A DNA stretch of 9,538 bases from Ascoidea asiatica JCM 7603 (taxonomy: Eukaryota; Fungi; Ascomycota): contig BCKQ01000002.1 in NCBI GenBank assembly GCA_001600695.1, forward strand, positions 2,046,329 to 2,055,866. Direction: 5' to 3'. Made by a program: the position numbers and the translations under genes. The notes beneath the pieces were generated by a model. It was not told the origin of the DNA. It saw only the letters and a list, made by a program, of their open reading frames with translations, and did not search any database. Positions 8,868 through 9,538 of the stretch are shown piece by piece (the first letter of the stretch is position 1; every line of letters starts with the position of its first letter).

Positions 8868-9441
8868 TATAATTTATATTTATAGTTTTGTCTTATAGTT
8901 ATTTAGAAATTTGATAATTTAATAATTTAGAGCTTTGATAATTTATTAAGTGATTAATAATTTAGTAGAATTGAGTTTGAAAGAAAGAAACCTGTTTGAT
9001 AAAATAATCTTATTATCTTAATATTATATATAAATAAATATCAATTACAATATCTTTTATTCAAAACAAAAGGAATCTACACTTCATTTATACCAATTTA
9101 CTCACCCATCTTCTTTCATTTCAATCTTTATCCTTCTTCAATTGATTACCATACTTTTTCGTTACAAATTGTACCTTGTTTAGGATTGAACTACTACAAC
9201 TTTACTGTATTACGTCAAATACCTTGAAAATGTGACTGATAATGAATATTCAATATTCAATCTTGACTTAAAGACGAATTTCTTGAGATATTTTTTGTTA
9301 CATTTCTCATTTCATTAATAATCATCATTCATGGATTCTAATGGAAAAAAAAAATATTCTTGGAAAATTGGCCTAAAATATGTTTTGTATTCTGTTCCTC
9401 TTCCACTACATCCATAAACACTCTTACTAGTCCAGAATTAG

Positions 9442-9474
9442 AGTTAAGAATTCTTAACTTTTCCTGGAAATTCT
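9442..9474. promoter_or_regulatory. Mirror copy of the HSE-like array and palindrome (copy B promoter)
   Basis: Reverse complement of 544-576. Confidence 0.55.
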
Positions 9475-9538
9475 AAGCAAATGTTCATGTTCTCCAAACT
9501 AATTTACTCAATCTGAATATTATTCTCTTAAATAATTA

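Larger units (their letters stand above)
7646..9538 (-). repeat. Right arm of large inverted repeat (truncated by window end)
   Basis: Starts ATTTCATTACAAG at 7646 (reverse complement of 2360-2372) and matches the left arm to the last base of the window. Confidence 0.97.

Noticed and set aside
480-9538. Composite/DNA transposon or 2-micron-like plasmid
   Set aside because: No transposase or Flp-type tyrosine recombinase motifs recognised, no FRT-like site, and the arms encode a host stress gene.

Overview
AT-rich fungal (budding-yeast-like) genomic DNA. The dominant structure is a long, apparently perfect inverted repeat. The arms are 480-2372 and 7646-9538 (at least 1893 bp each; the right arm runs off the window end). 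Each arm carries a complete HSP30-type opsin-related 7-TM gene with promoter and 3' region, and both copies point inward. The arms enclose a 5273-bp unique segment (2373-7645). It holds one unrecognised minus-strand gene (4427->3052), split into two overlapping frames around an A9 run, plus about 3.2 kb of gene-free upstream DNA. The fused ~458-aa product looks like a transcriptional regulator. The layout resembles a flip-flop invertible cassette, but no MAT gene or recombinase is visible, and a recent inverted duplication or assembly artefact cannot be excluded. The HSP30 promoter contains phased GAA arrays (heat-shock-element-like), a degenerate ~64-bp tandem repeat, an 18-bp palindrome and a CRE.
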